Shown here: piece after piece, positions 20,755 through 30,335 of the stretch
How the letters are laid out: each line of letters opens with the position of its first letter
How positions within the stretch are numbered: the stretch's first letter is position 1
Assembly (NCBI GenBank): GCA_045863235.1
Contig: BTUM01000045.1
Coordinates: forward strand, 1 to 64,000
From: Candidatus Xenobia bacterium
Lineage (GTDB): Bacteria > Vulcanimicrobiota > Xenobia > Xenobiales > QWHO01
Direction of reading: 5' to 3'
DNA length: 64,000 nucleotides
Notes under the pieces: model-generated
What the model was told of the DNA's origin: nothing
The model's database searches: none
The model's input: only the letters and a program-made list of their open reading frames with translations
Made by a program: the position numbers and the translations under genes

Positions 20755-22005
20755 ATGACAGGGAGGGGCTTTCTGACCCCCGAAAGACCCGGCACCGTGC
20801 AGCGCGACCCCTTCAAAGCTCTCCTCCCCCAGCTCCGCACCCACCCTTACCCCGTCTTCCACACCATGCGCAAGCTCGACCCGGTTCATTACAGCCCGGG
20901 CTGGGAGGCATGGTTCTTGACCCGCTACGAGGACGTCGAGCGTGTGTTGCGCGAGCCCCACTTCTCGGTGGGCCGGGTATCGGACTTTTCCCAGCGCTTG
21001 AGCGAGCCTTACGATATGAGCCGCATCGAGGCCCACCTCTCGGGCTGGCTGCTCTTTACCGATCCTCCCGCCCACGGGAGGCTGCGCTCGCTGATCAGCA
21101 AGGCCTTTACGCCGCGAACGCTGCAGCGCTTCGAGCAGGCCGTGCGGTCGCGCATCGCCATGCTGCTCGATCGACTGACCCCTGAGCAACCCGTTGACCT
21201 CATGACCGCTCTGGCCAGCCCTCTGCCCGTCATGACCATCGCCGACATCCTGGGCGGACGCCCCCAGGATAGCCAGCGATTCGAGAACTGGAGCCACCGG
21301 CTGGCCACCTTCCTGGGCTCGGACGAGCTGACCGCCGAGCTGGCCAGCCAGGCCGAGCTCAGCCTTGGGGCTCTGGAAAGCTACTTCCGCGAGCTGATCG
21401 CCGAGCGCCGTCAGGAGCCCACCGACGACCTCATCTCCAGCCTGCTCTCGGCGAAGAGCGATCAGCAAGAGCAGCTCGAGGAGGGCGAGGTCATCTCCAT
21501 GGCCATCCTGCTCTTTGCCGCCGGCCACGATACCACCACCAACCTGATCGGAAACGGTCTGCTGGCGGTGCTTTCCAATCCTCTCGAGAAGCGCAAGCTG
21601 GTCGAGAAGCGGGTTGCTCCCGAGGTGGCCGTGGAGGAGATCCTGCGCTACGACAGCCCTTCGCAGATCGCCAGCCGCTCGGTGCTGGAAGAGGTCGAGC
21701 TGGGCGGCAAGCGCCTCTTGCCCGGGCAACTGGTCAACCTCTGCCTGGGGGCCGCTAACCGGGACCCCAGCGTGTTCCCCCAGCCCGACCGCTTCGACCT
21801 GGAGCGCCCCAACCTGACCCGTCACCTGGCCTTCGGAAAGGGGATCCATACCTGCGTGGGAGCCCACCTGGCCCGCCTGGAGGCCCGCCTGGTGCTGGAA
21901 TCCGTGCTGGAGCGCTGGCCGGCGACTCAGCTGGCGGGACAGCCCGAGCGCTATCCAACACTGGGCTTCCGGCGACTGCGCTCGCTGCCGGTCAAGCTGG
22001 CATGA
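20755..22005 (+). CDS. Cytochrome P450 (alternative GTG start at 20797)
   Basis: DPPAH, AGHDTT, EEILR, AANRDP, HLAFGKGIHTCVG. Confidence 0.95.
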   Translation: MTGRGFLTPERPGTVQRDPFKALLPQLRTHPYPVFHTMRKLDPVHYSPGWEAWFLTRYEDVERVLREPHFSVGRVSDFSQRLSEPYDMSRIEAHLSGWLLFTDPPAHGRLRSLISKAFTPRTLQRFEQAVRSRIAMLLDRLTPEQPVDLMTALASPLPVMTIADILGGRPQDSQRFENWSHRLATFLGSDELTAELASQAELSLGALESYFRELIAERRQEPTDDLISSLLSAKSDQQEQLEEGEVISMAILLFAAGHDTTTNLIGNGLLAVLSNPLEKRKLVEKRVAPEVAVEEILRYDSPSQIASRSVLEEVELGGKRLLPGQLVNLCLGAANRDPSVFPQPDRFDLERPNLTRHLAFGKGIHTCVGAHLARLEARLVLESVLERWPATQLAGQPERYPTLGFRRLRSLPVKLA

Positions 22006-22478
22006 TCCGGCTGGCCCGCCCGAGCGACGCGGCCTTCATCCGCGAGCTGGCTTGCCTGTCCATCCTCAGCAGCCTGCCGGCCAATCGCCAGGCCGATCCC
22101 GAGGTCGCCCGCCAGTTCGTGCTGCGTTCTTATGCCGACCTGGAGCAGACGCTGGCCTCGGACCGCAACCTGCTGGTGCTGGTGGAGGAAGAGCCGAAAA
22201 GCCGCGAGCTAACCGGCTACCTGATGCTCGAGTTGGACCAGATCGAGCCTTCCACCGGAGAGAAGCAGGCCTTCATGGTGGACATCGCCGTGCTGCCCGA
22301 CCGCCGTGGCCGATTCGCCACCGCCCGGCTCATCAAGAAGGCCAGCGCCCTGTGCCGGGCCCGGGGGCTCAAGTATCTGGTCGGGATGGTCTCGGCCAGT
22401 AACACCGTGGCTCGCGGTCTGGCCCGGTGCCTGGGCTTCCAGGAGGAGCGGGTGCAGATCGTTCGGCGCCTGGATTGA
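22002..22478 (+). CDS. GNAT-family acetyltransferase
   Basis: IRLA start, DIAVLPDRRGR, N..A..L...LGF; ATGA coupling to the P450. Confidence 0.82.
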   Translation: MIRLARPSDAAFIRELACLSILSSLPANRQADPEVARQFVLRSYADLEQTLASDRNLLVLVEEEPKSRELTGYLMLELDQIEPSTGEKQAFMVDIAVLPDRRGRFATARLIKKASALCRARGLKYLVGMVSASNTVARGLARCLGFQEERVQIVRRLD

Positions 22479-22540
22479 CTTTCGGAGGGAGTGTTCCAGT
22501 CCAGGGCGAATCACCCGTTCTGACTTCTTGAGGGGGTTCG

Positions 22541-23248
22541 ATGGCCAGAGATAGCGCACAAGCGCGATTTCGCAGACTGCACCGGTGGATCGCTCTCACG
22601 GCTATGTATGAAGAGCTGATCGTCCGGATCGCCCAGGAAGTCCACAAGAGTTACAAGAAAAACCAGATTTTCGACGACTCGCTGCTCGACCTGTGCCGCA
22701 GCATGGATGACCTGTTCGACCACGCCCAGCGCTACCAGAAAGAGCTAGAGGCCGACCTCGGGTCCAACCGCTGGGTCGGCTTCGTGGGGCGTCTGTTCAT
22801 CATGCGCAACGTCAGCCGCTACAAGCGCCTGGTGGCCGAGCAGGCTCAGGAGCTGGGCATCCGGGCCATGAACACGGAAGCTCGTGGCTTCACCGACAGC
22901 AAGAAGGTCATCGCGCTCTGCAAGCGGGCCCGGCGTTGTCGCGAGTCAGCCGACACGGCCTGGGAAGCCATCGTGAAGGCTTACAATCAAGCCTCCGGCG
23001 AGAAGGTGTCCGCCCTCGAGGCGCTCCTGGGGAAGGCCGACAAGCTGTCTCAAAGGCTGCTGACCAATCGCCGCTTGCGAGGTCTCTTAGGCAGCTTCGT
23101 CAGCTACAAGGACGAGGACCGCGACTCCAACCTCGATGAGTCGGAGCGCCTGCCGATCTACGAACAGGAAGAAACGGCCACGGTGCGCATGCCCGCGATC
23201 AAGCGAGAAACCTCCAGCACCTGGCTGGGAGAGCAGCCTCCCGAATAG
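22541..23248 (+). CDS. Hypothetical alpha-helical protein
   Basis: Purine-rich SD-like sequence, coding-like codon pattern. Confidence 0.65.
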   Translation: MARDSAQARFRRLHRWIALTAMYEELIVRIAQEVHKSYKKNQIFDDSLLDLCRSMDDLFDHAQRYQKELEADLGSNRWVGFVGRLFIMRNVSRYKRLVAEQAQELGIRAMNTEARGFTDSKKVIALCKRARRCRESADTAWEAIVKAYNQASGEKVSALEALLGKADKLSQRLLTNRRLRGLLGSFVSYKDEDRDSNLDESERLPIYEQEETATVRMPAIKRETSSTWLGEQPPE

Positions 23249-23261
23249 CTTCTGGCAGGGG

Positions 23262-24644
23262 CTAGCGGGTCGTTTCCAGGTTCTTCATCGCCTCCTGGGA
23301 GGCCACCATCTCGTGCTCGGCCCGCTCCAACGCGCCCCGTCCGCCTTTGCGCTCGAGCAGGTCGCGCATGGCCTCGGCTGCCCGGGTCAGATGGGCCACA
23401 GTGTCCTCGAGCAATTTGGCGCGCTCGGCCGACTCTCGGGAAGTAGCCATCTGGCTCCGGGTACGGCTGATGGTCTGCTCGAGCGCCTTGATGGCCTCGT
23501 CGAGATCCTCCTTGCCGGCCTGGCCCTCCAGGAACTGGTCCCCCAGTTGCAGCAGACCGGACAACATCCCGGGCAGGCCGCGGCCCACCCCTCCACCGCC
23601 GCCACCGGCCAGCCCTTCATGCTGGACCAGGTCGAGCACCTCGTCCTCAGACTGCAGCACAGCCACGAACATGGAGAGATTCTCGGTGGCGCTGCGAAGG
23701 ACTTCGCGCTCGGCCACCAGTTCCTCGGGGTCGGGCCGGGCAGGCATGTTCCAGAGCCGCTCGAGCGATTCGCGCACTTCGCGAGAAGCGTCGGCCACGC
23801 TGTCCTGGGTCTCCTCGGGGAAGCGAAAGCGGGTCAGCCAGAGGGCTTGCTCGACCGCTTCACGGAAGAACTCATGGCTGATCTGCCCGGTCAGCAGCCG
23901 GTCGCAGGCCGCCAGGACCAGGTTCACCGGCGGGTAAGGAGTGCGCCCCACCGACAGATCGCGCTCGAACTGCATCCCCAGCCCTTCCGCGACGACATCC
24001 GAGGACTCCACCAGGGTGGCGCGCAACGACTTGTAGAGCTCGGGATCGCCCTGACCCGATTCCAGGGCTGCGCGCAGCGAGCCACATTGCTCCTCGATGG
24101 TGCGCAAAGCCGCCTGAGCTTTCTCCTGCATGGTCGGCTCATCGATGCCCCCGACCTGCTCGCCCACCTCCTCCAGGAAGCCACCGAGCAATTCGAGCAG
24201 GGCCAGCGTGTGGCGCTTGTCCGTCTCCCGTTCGGCCATGACGTCAAGGTGGGCCACCAGCCGATTCAGGAAAGGGTGCACGGCCGGACCGTGAGTGCAG
24301 GCATACACGTAACGTTCGCGATAGTCGCGCACCGTCGCCAGGGCATTGCGGGCCCGTTGCAGGGCCTCCCCCGCTCCCTCGACCTGGCCGGCCGAGGCCC
24401 GGCTCTGGAGCTCTTCCAGGGCCACCAGGTAATCGTCCATGGTCTGGCAGACTTGCTCGCGCTCATCAGCTGTCAGCTCAGGACTGCCATCGGAATCCCT
24501 CAAGAATTGCTCGCGCCCTTCGCGGGCAGCCTGGACCAGTTGCTCGAGCAAGGTGGTCAACTCGGTGGCCGGGGCCTCCCTGGCGATGACCCGATCAGCC
24601 AGTTGCAGTGTGCGATCGCTGAGTGGAAGTTCTTCTTCGGACAT
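23262..24644 (-). CDS. Hypothetical acidic alpha-helical protein
   Basis: 460 aa, E/L/A/R-rich helical bundles. Confidence 0.7.
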   Translation of the reverse strand: MSEEELPLSDRTLQLADRVIAREAPATELTTLLEQLVQAAREGREQFLRDSDGSPELTADEREQVCQTMDDYLVALEELQSRASAGQVEGAGEALQRARNALATVRDYRERYVYACTHGPAVHPFLNRLVAHLDVMAERETDKRHTLALLELLGGFLEEVGEQVGGIDEPTMQEKAQAALRTIEEQCGSLRAALESGQGDPELYKSLRATLVESSDVVAEGLGMQFERDLSVGRTPYPPVNLVLAACDRLLTGQISHEFFREAVEQALWLTRFRFPEETQDSVADASREVRESLERLWNMPARPDPEELVAEREVLRSATENLSMFVAVLQSEDEVLDLVQHEGLAGGGGGGVGRGLPGMLSGLLQLGDQFLEGQAGKEDLDEAIKALEQTISRTRSQMATSRESAERAKLLEDTVAHLTRAAEAMRDLLERKGGRGALERAEHEMVASQEAMKNLETTR

Positions 24645-24681
24645 GGCCAGACGGTTCGCGCCTGCACCCGCCCGGCTCCTG

Positions 24682-25785
24682 TCAGGGGGAGGGGGTCATG
24701 GCCGAACGGGCCATCACCAGGGCCGCCAGGGCCATCGGGGTGGCCACCAGCGGCTCATCCTCGGTCATCCGTCCCTGCTCGTTGCGCCAGTATCCTTTCG
24801 GATGTTGCCGGCGCAAGAGCTCTTCGCACAACGGGCGGGCCCAATCGCCCTCGGCTGGCGGGCCGGACTCGACCAGGGCGTGGGCTGTCGTCCAACAGTA
24901 GTAGAAGTAGAGAGCCTCGCGCATCTCTTCTTGCTCCGGCGGAAAGTCCCCCGAGTTTTTCAGGGGATCGTAATGCTCGAGCACCCAGCCACGGGCGGCC
25001 CGGACCCTCGGGTCATCGCCGGCCAGTCCGCAGCGCAAGAGAGCCCGCAAGCCGTCAGCGGTCATGCTGCCATAGCTGCGTTTGTCTCCGGCCTTGTTCT
25101 GGCGCAGGTTGGTGGGCGAGAAGAAGAATCCTCCGTCGCCAGGGTAGTTCTGGCAGCGCTGCACGAAGACCAGGGCTTTCTTCACTGCCGGGTCGTCGGG
25201 CGGGGCCCCGGCCAGGCGCAGGGCCCCCAGCGCGAAGAGGGTGACGGACAGGTTGGCGCTGCGGCTGGGGTCGATCTTGCTCCCCGGCGGGCGCCGGTAG
25301 GGCTCTTTGGACTCTCCCCAGCCACCGTAGCTCAAGTCCTCGGGCTTCCAGCCCAGCTGCTCGGTCAGCTGATGGCCTCGAAGGTAGGTGATGATGGCGT
25401 CGCGGACCTCCCGGTGGGCGCTCTCTCGGCTCAAGTCGATGGCCGCCATCGACAGGCTGTAGACCGGGAACGTCATCTTGCTCTGGCGAGGGGGCAGACG
25501 CGAGGCTAAGAACTCCATTCCCCGGGCGCCCGCGGCCTGGCCTTCTGGGCCCGAGGGACCGTAAAGCAGCGCCTTGATGACCAGCGGGCTGAGCGACTCC
25601 CCATCCGTGTAGCCCGGGTAGAGCTTGGAGCGCCAGGCCCCATCCTCTTCCTGTCGGCCCAGCAGGTAGGCGTAGCCGCTGGAGATGGCGGCGTCCACCC
25701 GGACCACCAGCGGATCGTCGGGAGTTCGCGAGCAGGCCACCAGCAGCCCCGTCCAGAGCAGCCCGATCACGATCAACCCTCGCAT
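24682..25785 (-). CDS. Prenyltransferase/squalene-cyclase QW-repeat lipoprotein
   Basis: Lipobox LLVAC; RQEEDGAW, CQNYPGDGGF, RQHPKGYW. Confidence 0.78.
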   Translation of the reverse strand: MRGLIVIGLLWTGLLVACSRTPDDPLVVRVDAAISSGYAYLLGRQEEDGAWRSKLYPGYTDGESLSPLVIKALLYGPSGPEGQAAGARGMEFLASRLPPRQSKMTFPVYSLSMAAIDLSRESAHREVRDAIITYLRGHQLTEQLGWKPEDLSYGGWGESKEPYRRPPGSKIDPSRSANLSVTLFALGALRLAGAPPDDPAVKKALVFVQRCQNYPGDGGFFFSPTNLRQNKAGDKRSYGSMTADGLRALLRCGLAGDDPRVRAARGWVLEHYDPLKNSGDFPPEQEEMREALYFYYCWTTAHALVESGPPAEGDWARPLCEELLRRQHPKGYWRNEQGRMTEDEPLVATPMALAALVMARSAMTPSP

Positions 25786-25923
25786 CGCGAAGGCGATTCG
25801 CTGTTTCCTGGTTGACGATCCTCCGGAGTGAGTGGCCGGTGGCAGAATTCTTTGCTAAAATGTTACAACGGCCAGGAGACTTGGGGAGAGCGGGGTTGCA
25901 TGATCGAGGAGCCGGGTTAAGCT

Positions 25924-27357
25924 ATGGAGCGGGGAAGTTTGAGCGGATGGCCTGAAGAGGCACCGGAGCCGGTTTCCGTTCCCAAGCCAGACCTGAAAGC
26001 CTGGGGGGATGAGCCTGCCCCTGAGAAGGCACCCGAGCCCGAGGCGCCCATCAAGGCTTTCTGGGAGACGGTACCAGATCTGAAGGCTCCCGAGCCCGCC
26101 AAAGTCTCGAAGGCGGTCTGGGAGCCGCTGCCGCCGCAGAGCATCGAATCCCGCAAGACCAAGGTCTGGGAGCAGTCTACGAAATCAGAGAAGGTCGGCA
26201 CGGCCACTCCCCGCAAGCCTTTGATGGCGGCCGCCCCACCCCCGCGAACCCTGCCCGAGCCATCCCCCGCCTCCAGGAAGAAGTTCAGTCTTCAGGACTC
26301 CTACAAAGCCCTGGACCGCTGGATGACCCGGGCCAACTCGCACGACATCGCCATCGCCCTGCAGCAGCTGTCGGTCATGATGAAGGCCGGCATCAACCCC
26401 ACCCGCACGTTGATGGTGCTGGCCGAGCAGAGCACCAACAAGGCCGTCCGCATGGCGTTCGAGGACGTCACCCACCAGGTTCTGGAAAAAGGCTGGAGCC
26501 TGTCCGACGCCATGTCCCGCCACCCCCGCGTTTTCCCCGCGGAGGTGCAGCTGCTGGCCCGGGCCGGCGAGGAGACCGGCGACCTGGCCGACCGCCTGCA
26601 GCGCGCCTCGGACATGCTCGAGCGAAAGCACATGCTGATCTGCCGGGTGCGCGAATCGCTGACCAGCCCCATGATTACCAGCCTGGCCTGCCTGCTGGTC
26701 CTGTTCGGCATCACCAAATTCGTGCTGCCTCGCTTTCTGGGCCTCTACGACCAGATGGACGCCAAGCTGCCGCTCATCTCCAAGATTGTGGTGGGGCTGG
26801 TGGCCACCCTCAACAGCCCGGCTTTCCTGGTCAGCCTGGGCCTGGTGCTGGCCTTCGTACTGTGGCGCTGGAACTGGCTGCAACAGAAGGGGTTCGACCT
26901 GGTGACCAGCTTGCCCATCACGCGCAACCTGGTGGGCAGCCTGCTGGCGGTGCAGTTCGTGGACATCCTGGCCACCATGAACCGGGACGGAATCCCTCTG
27001 CAACGGGGCCTGCAGCTGATGAAGGCCACGTCCCCCTATGACCAGTACAGCGACCAGCTCGACCGCATGTCCCGCCAGTTCGAGATCGAGGGCAGCCTGG
27101 CCGAGGCCGTCTCGATCGTGCCCTACTTTCCGCGAGTGGTCAACTCCATGCTGATGGTGGGCGAGGAAACCGGCGAGCTGGACGGCCTGCTTTCGGCCGC
27201 CCGCCGGCTGCTCGAGCAGCAGAACGAGATCGTGCTGACCCAGCTGGTCACGGTCATCGAGCCGGCGGTCATCGGACTGATGGGAGTGGCCATGGGAATT
27301 CTGTGCGTGGGGATGTTCTTGCCCATCTACGGCCTGTTGGAGAAGCTGGCTGGATGA
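25924..27357 (+). CDS. pilC: PilC/GspF platform protein with Pro/Trp-rich N-terminal extension
   Basis: QLSVMMKAGI, LSDAM..HP.VF, AGEETGDL, VGEETGEL, IEP, MFLPIY. Confidence 0.88.
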   Translation: MERGSLSGWPEEAPEPVSVPKPDLKAWGDEPAPEKAPEPEAPIKAFWETVPDLKAPEPAKVSKAVWEPLPPQSIESRKTKVWEQSTKSEKVGTATPRKPLMAAAPPPRTLPEPSPASRKKFSLQDSYKALDRWMTRANSHDIAIALQQLSVMMKAGINPTRTLMVLAEQSTNKAVRMAFEDVTHQVLEKGWSLSDAMSRHPRVFPAEVQLLARAGEETGDLADRLQRASDMLERKHMLICRVRESLTSPMITSLACLLVLFGITKFVLPRFLGLYDQMDAKLPLISKIVVGLVATLNSPAFLVSLGLVLAFVLWRWNWLQQKGFDLVTSLPITRNLVGSLLAVQFVDILATMNRDGIPLQRGLQLMKATSPYDQYSDQLDRMSRQFEIEGSLAEAVSIVPYFPRVVNSMLMVGEETGELDGLLSAARRLLEQQNEIVLTQLVTVIEPAVIGLMGVAMGILCVGMFLPIYGLLEKLAG

Positions 27358-27785
27358 GGACGATGCGCTCCAGGGGCGTGGCCCTGATCACGGCTCTCAT
27401 GTTCATGATGTTCTTGCTGGTGGTCGGACTGACGTTCATCACCCTGATGGAGCAGGACTACCGCTTCGCGGCCCAGCAGGAGCGCGGCCAGCAGGCTTAC
27501 TTCCTGGCCCAGGCCGGCATCGACTTCTACCGCGCTCGGGCCTCCTTCTTCACGGTGGACACGCCGGTGGAGCTGGGCGTGCCCGCCGGCAACACTCAGA
27601 ATCTCTTTGAAGTGGTGCTTCAGGCCGACGGGACGATCCGTTCGCGAGGCATCATCAAGGATGCCTATGGGGCCGTCAAAGCCGATCGCACCATCGTGGT
27701 CCCGCAGGGGAACTTCCAGCGGGCCTACGACGCGGGCAGCTCGGCCCCGACTCCAACTCCCTCGGGGACGCCTCCGACCTCATGA
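27354..27785 (+). CDS. PilX/GspK-like minor pilin
   Basis: RG/VALIT without E5, QAYFLAQAG; ATGA coupling to pilC. Confidence 0.78.
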   Translation: MRTMRSRGVALITALMFMMFLLVVGLTFITLMEQDYRFAAQQERGQQAYFLAQAGIDFYRARASFFTVDTPVELGVPAGNTQNLFEVVLQADGTIRSRGIIKDAYGAVKADRTIVVPQGNFQRAYDAGSSAPTPTPSGTPPTS

Positions 27786-28348
27786 GGCAAGCTCGGCGCG
27801 GCATGAACTTGATCGAGGTGATGGTCTGCGGGGCCATCCTGGGCCTGTTCATGACCATCGTCTGCCACGCCCTGGTGGTGGCCTACCGCACCTACACCCT
27901 GACCGCCAAGAAATCCACCGACTATCGACTGGCCACCGTGGCCGTGGATCGGCTCACGCGCGAGTTGCGCGCCTCGGATCGGGTCTACAGCCCCGACCCG
28001 GCCGCCACACCGTGGTCCACCTTCGGCACCTACACCCCCGAAGCGGGGGTCAACCCTCCTCTTATCTTCCGCACCTACGACGCCACCGGCGAGCGCGTCC
28101 TCGGCTACCGCTGGGATAAGTCCGCCCGCACGGTGCAACGACTGTTGTATGACCCGACCTTCGACCCGGCCAATACGGCCACCCACAACGTGTTGGAGAC
28201 CAAGAAGGTGACCTTCGAGGTGGACAACTTTGCCATTCAGCGCATGGATCCGGCGCTGACGAGCGGAGTTCCGTTTCTTCTTGTCGAAATGAAGCTCAGC
28301 TCGGTTTTGAGTCCTATCCTGACGGAAGTGCGGGTGAAGAGCCTGTGA
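27782..28348 (+). CDS. Prepilin-type minor pilin (PilW/GspJ-like)
   Basis: RRG/MNLIE hydrophobic helix, LTRELR. Confidence 0.8.
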   Translation: MRQARRGMNLIEVMVCGAILGLFMTIVCHALVVAYRTYTLTAKKSTDYRLATVAVDRLTRELRASDRVYSPDPAATPWSTFGTYTPEAGVNPPLIFRTYDATGERVLGYRWDKSARTVQRLLYDPTFDPANTATHNVLETKKVTFEVDNFAIQRMDPALTSGVPFLLVEMKLSSVLSPILTEVRVKSL

Positions 28349-29586
28349 GACGAAGACCAAGGGGCCTCAGTTTTCTCGAGCTTCTGGTAGCGATGAGCAT
28401 CACGTTCCTGGCCATCAGCTTCCTGATGGGCCTGTTCGTGAACGCAGCCCGCAACAATGATCGCTCCCAGACCTACTCCACAGCCGCCTTCCTGGCGCAG
28501 GGCCGCATGGAGGTCCTGGCCGCCACCCCCATCGACCAGCTGGTAACGGGCAACGACACGTTCGCCGGGCAGTTCTCCAGCTACGTCTACGACGTGGACG
28601 TGCAGGATGCGGGGGACTACGACGGCGACGGAGTCGACGACGGCGACCTCAAGGTGGTCACGTTGAGAGTGACTGCCCCCGGCGGCAAGGCCGTCGCCTC
28701 GCTGGTGGCCCTGCGGACCATGCCGATTCCGTTCTTCAATTCCAGTTGCCACGGCTCGGACCCCAACCTGACCTTCATGGGGTCGGCCAAGCCCAACAAA
28801 CGCTTTCCTCGCGGCTGGGACTACACGGACGGGCTTGACCCGGTCAGTATCTGGTTCTACAACCTGACTCAAAGCCAGCGCACGATGCCCAATGGGGGGC
28901 GTCCCGGCGCCGTGGCTGCCACGCCCGACCTGACCAAGCTCTACGCCGTCGACTACGTCAACCGGGGCGTTCGCTTCATCGACAGCGCCATGACGACCTG
29001 GTCGCCGACCTTGCTGCGCCCCGCCGGCCTGGGATATCCCACCGGAATCGCCACCTCTCAGAACGGCGACGTGGTCTGGCTGGCCGATGAGACCAACCGC
29101 TGCCTGTGGCGTTATGACACCGGCACCGGCACCTGGAGCAACCAGATCAAGCCAACCAACCCCGGCGATACCCTCGGCCGCCTGCGCGGCGTGACCTGCT
29201 CGGCCGACGGCTCCACCGTCTACGTGGCCGACCTGGATTATGACTGCGTCAGGCAATATAGCGGGGGGGCCTGGAACCCGACCCCCCTCAAGAACCCGGA
29301 CGGGTCGCTTGACAACGTCCAGGGGGTGGCCGTTACCCGGGACGGATCCAAACTCTATGTGCTGGACCAGAACGGCCTGCAGTTCTGCGACCCCGCCACG
29401 GCCGCGACCACCTGGAGGGACCTCAGCCTGGACTCCAAGCTCGAGGAAGATATCCCTCAGGGCCTGTCCGTCAGCGACGACGGCAACACCGTCTGGGCCG
29501 TGGCCGCGAACGGGCTCCTGTTCCGCTGTGACCTGAGCTCGTACACGGTGGACGGTTGCTGGTACTGGGAGGAGCTCGGGCCCTGA
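28345..29586 (+). CDS. Minor pilin (PilV/GspI-like) fused to an NHL-like beta-propeller
   Basis: RG/LSFLE; repeated G(I/V)A....G..(V/L)YV.D blades; DYDGDGVDD. Confidence 0.82.
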   Translation: MRRRPRGLSFLELLVAMSITFLAISFLMGLFVNAARNNDRSQTYSTAAFLAQGRMEVLAATPIDQLVTGNDTFAGQFSSYVYDVDVQDAGDYDGDGVDDGDLKVVTLRVTAPGGKAVASLVALRTMPIPFFNSSCHGSDPNLTFMGSAKPNKRFPRGWDYTDGLDPVSIWFYNLTQSQRTMPNGGRPGAVAATPDLTKLYAVDYVNRGVRFIDSAMTTWSPTLLRPAGLGYPTGIATSQNGDVVWLADETNRCLWRYDTGTGTWSNQIKPTNPGDTLGRLRGVTCSADGSTVYVADLDYDCVRQYSGGAWNPTPLKNPDGSLDNVQGVAVTRDGSKLYVLDQNGLQFCDPATAATTWRDLSLDSKLEEDIPQGLSVSDDGNTVWAVAANGLLFRCDLSSYTVDGCWYWEELGP

Positions 29587-29609
29587 TCGGAGCGACCCCG
29601 AACCAGGCG

Positions 29610-29645
29610 CATCCCCGGTCGAGCGGGCCGGGGATGTTTCTTTTC
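29610..29645 (+). terminator. Rho-independent terminator
   Basis: CATCCCCGG/CCGGGGATG stem followed by TTTCTTTT between convergent genes. Confidence 0.7.
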
Positions 29646-30285
29646 AGTCGGCCGAGTGGCGGGCCACCGGGTGCCAGTAGTAGTAGTCGCCCACCTGCTC
29701 CTCGCGTACCCGCTCGTCGTAGTGGTGGTGATACCCGGTGGTGATGGTGGTCGTGGTCTTGCCCGTCGTGATGGTGGTGGTCTGAGGAATGAAGGTGTGA
29801 CTGTAGCCCTCGAAGTGGTGCTGCACCACCTTGCGAGGCTCCCACTCGGGTGTGACCTGATCGCCGAGCACCCGGCCGGCGCCGATGGCGGCCCCGGTGG
29901 CCATCCCGGCTCCGACGCCCAGCGAGGTGCACAGCACCAACTCTCCGGTGAAGAACCCCGCGGCCAGGCCCAGAGCGCCTCCCACGGCCGCCCCGATGGC
30001 GCTGCCGATCGCGCCTTTGCGCCAGGGCGAGTAAGGGGTCAGGTCCAGTTTCTCGGTCTTGACCATCCAGGTCGGGTTGCCGACCGCGTCCAGCACGGGC
30101 TGAGGTCGCACCACGTCGGTGTCGGGCTCGGAGAGGTCCACGGGAGTGGCGCTGAAGGTGAAGGAAGGGATGCGGCCGATGACCGTGTCGCGGGTCACCG
30201 GACCGGTGTAGCTCACATCCAGCGATTGGGCGCCGGGAGGCACCTGGGGGCGAGGGGGGGCCTGGATCACTCCGCCGATCTGCAC
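29644..30285 (-). CDS. Hypothetical protein starting MQI, with a glycine-zipper hydrophobic hairpin
   Basis: GAIGSAIGAAVGGALGLAAG...GAGMATGAAIGA; Thr-rich hairpin. Confidence 0.72.
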   Translation of the reverse strand: MQIGGVIQAPPRPQVPPGAQSLDVSYTGPVTRDTVIGRIPSFTFSATPVDLSEPDTDVVRPQPVLDAVGNPTWMVKTEKLDLTPYSPWRKGAIGSAIGAAVGGALGLAAGFFTGELVLCTSLGVGAGMATGAAIGAGRVLGDQVTPEWEPRKVVQHHFEGYSHTFIPQTTTITTGKTTTTITTGYHHHYDERVREEQVGDYYYWHPVARHSAD

Positions 30286-30335
30286 CTCTGGAGCCTAACC
30301 GGAGGTGCTGAAACTTTCCTGAAGAACCCGCCGGC

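Noticed and set aside
19969..21867. 632-aa ORF as a single gene
   Set aside because: The 5' two-thirds is antisense to the P450; an SD supports the start at 20640.
24682..25785. True squalene-hopene cyclase
   Set aside because: Single barrel, no DXDD motif, and has a lipoprotein signal.
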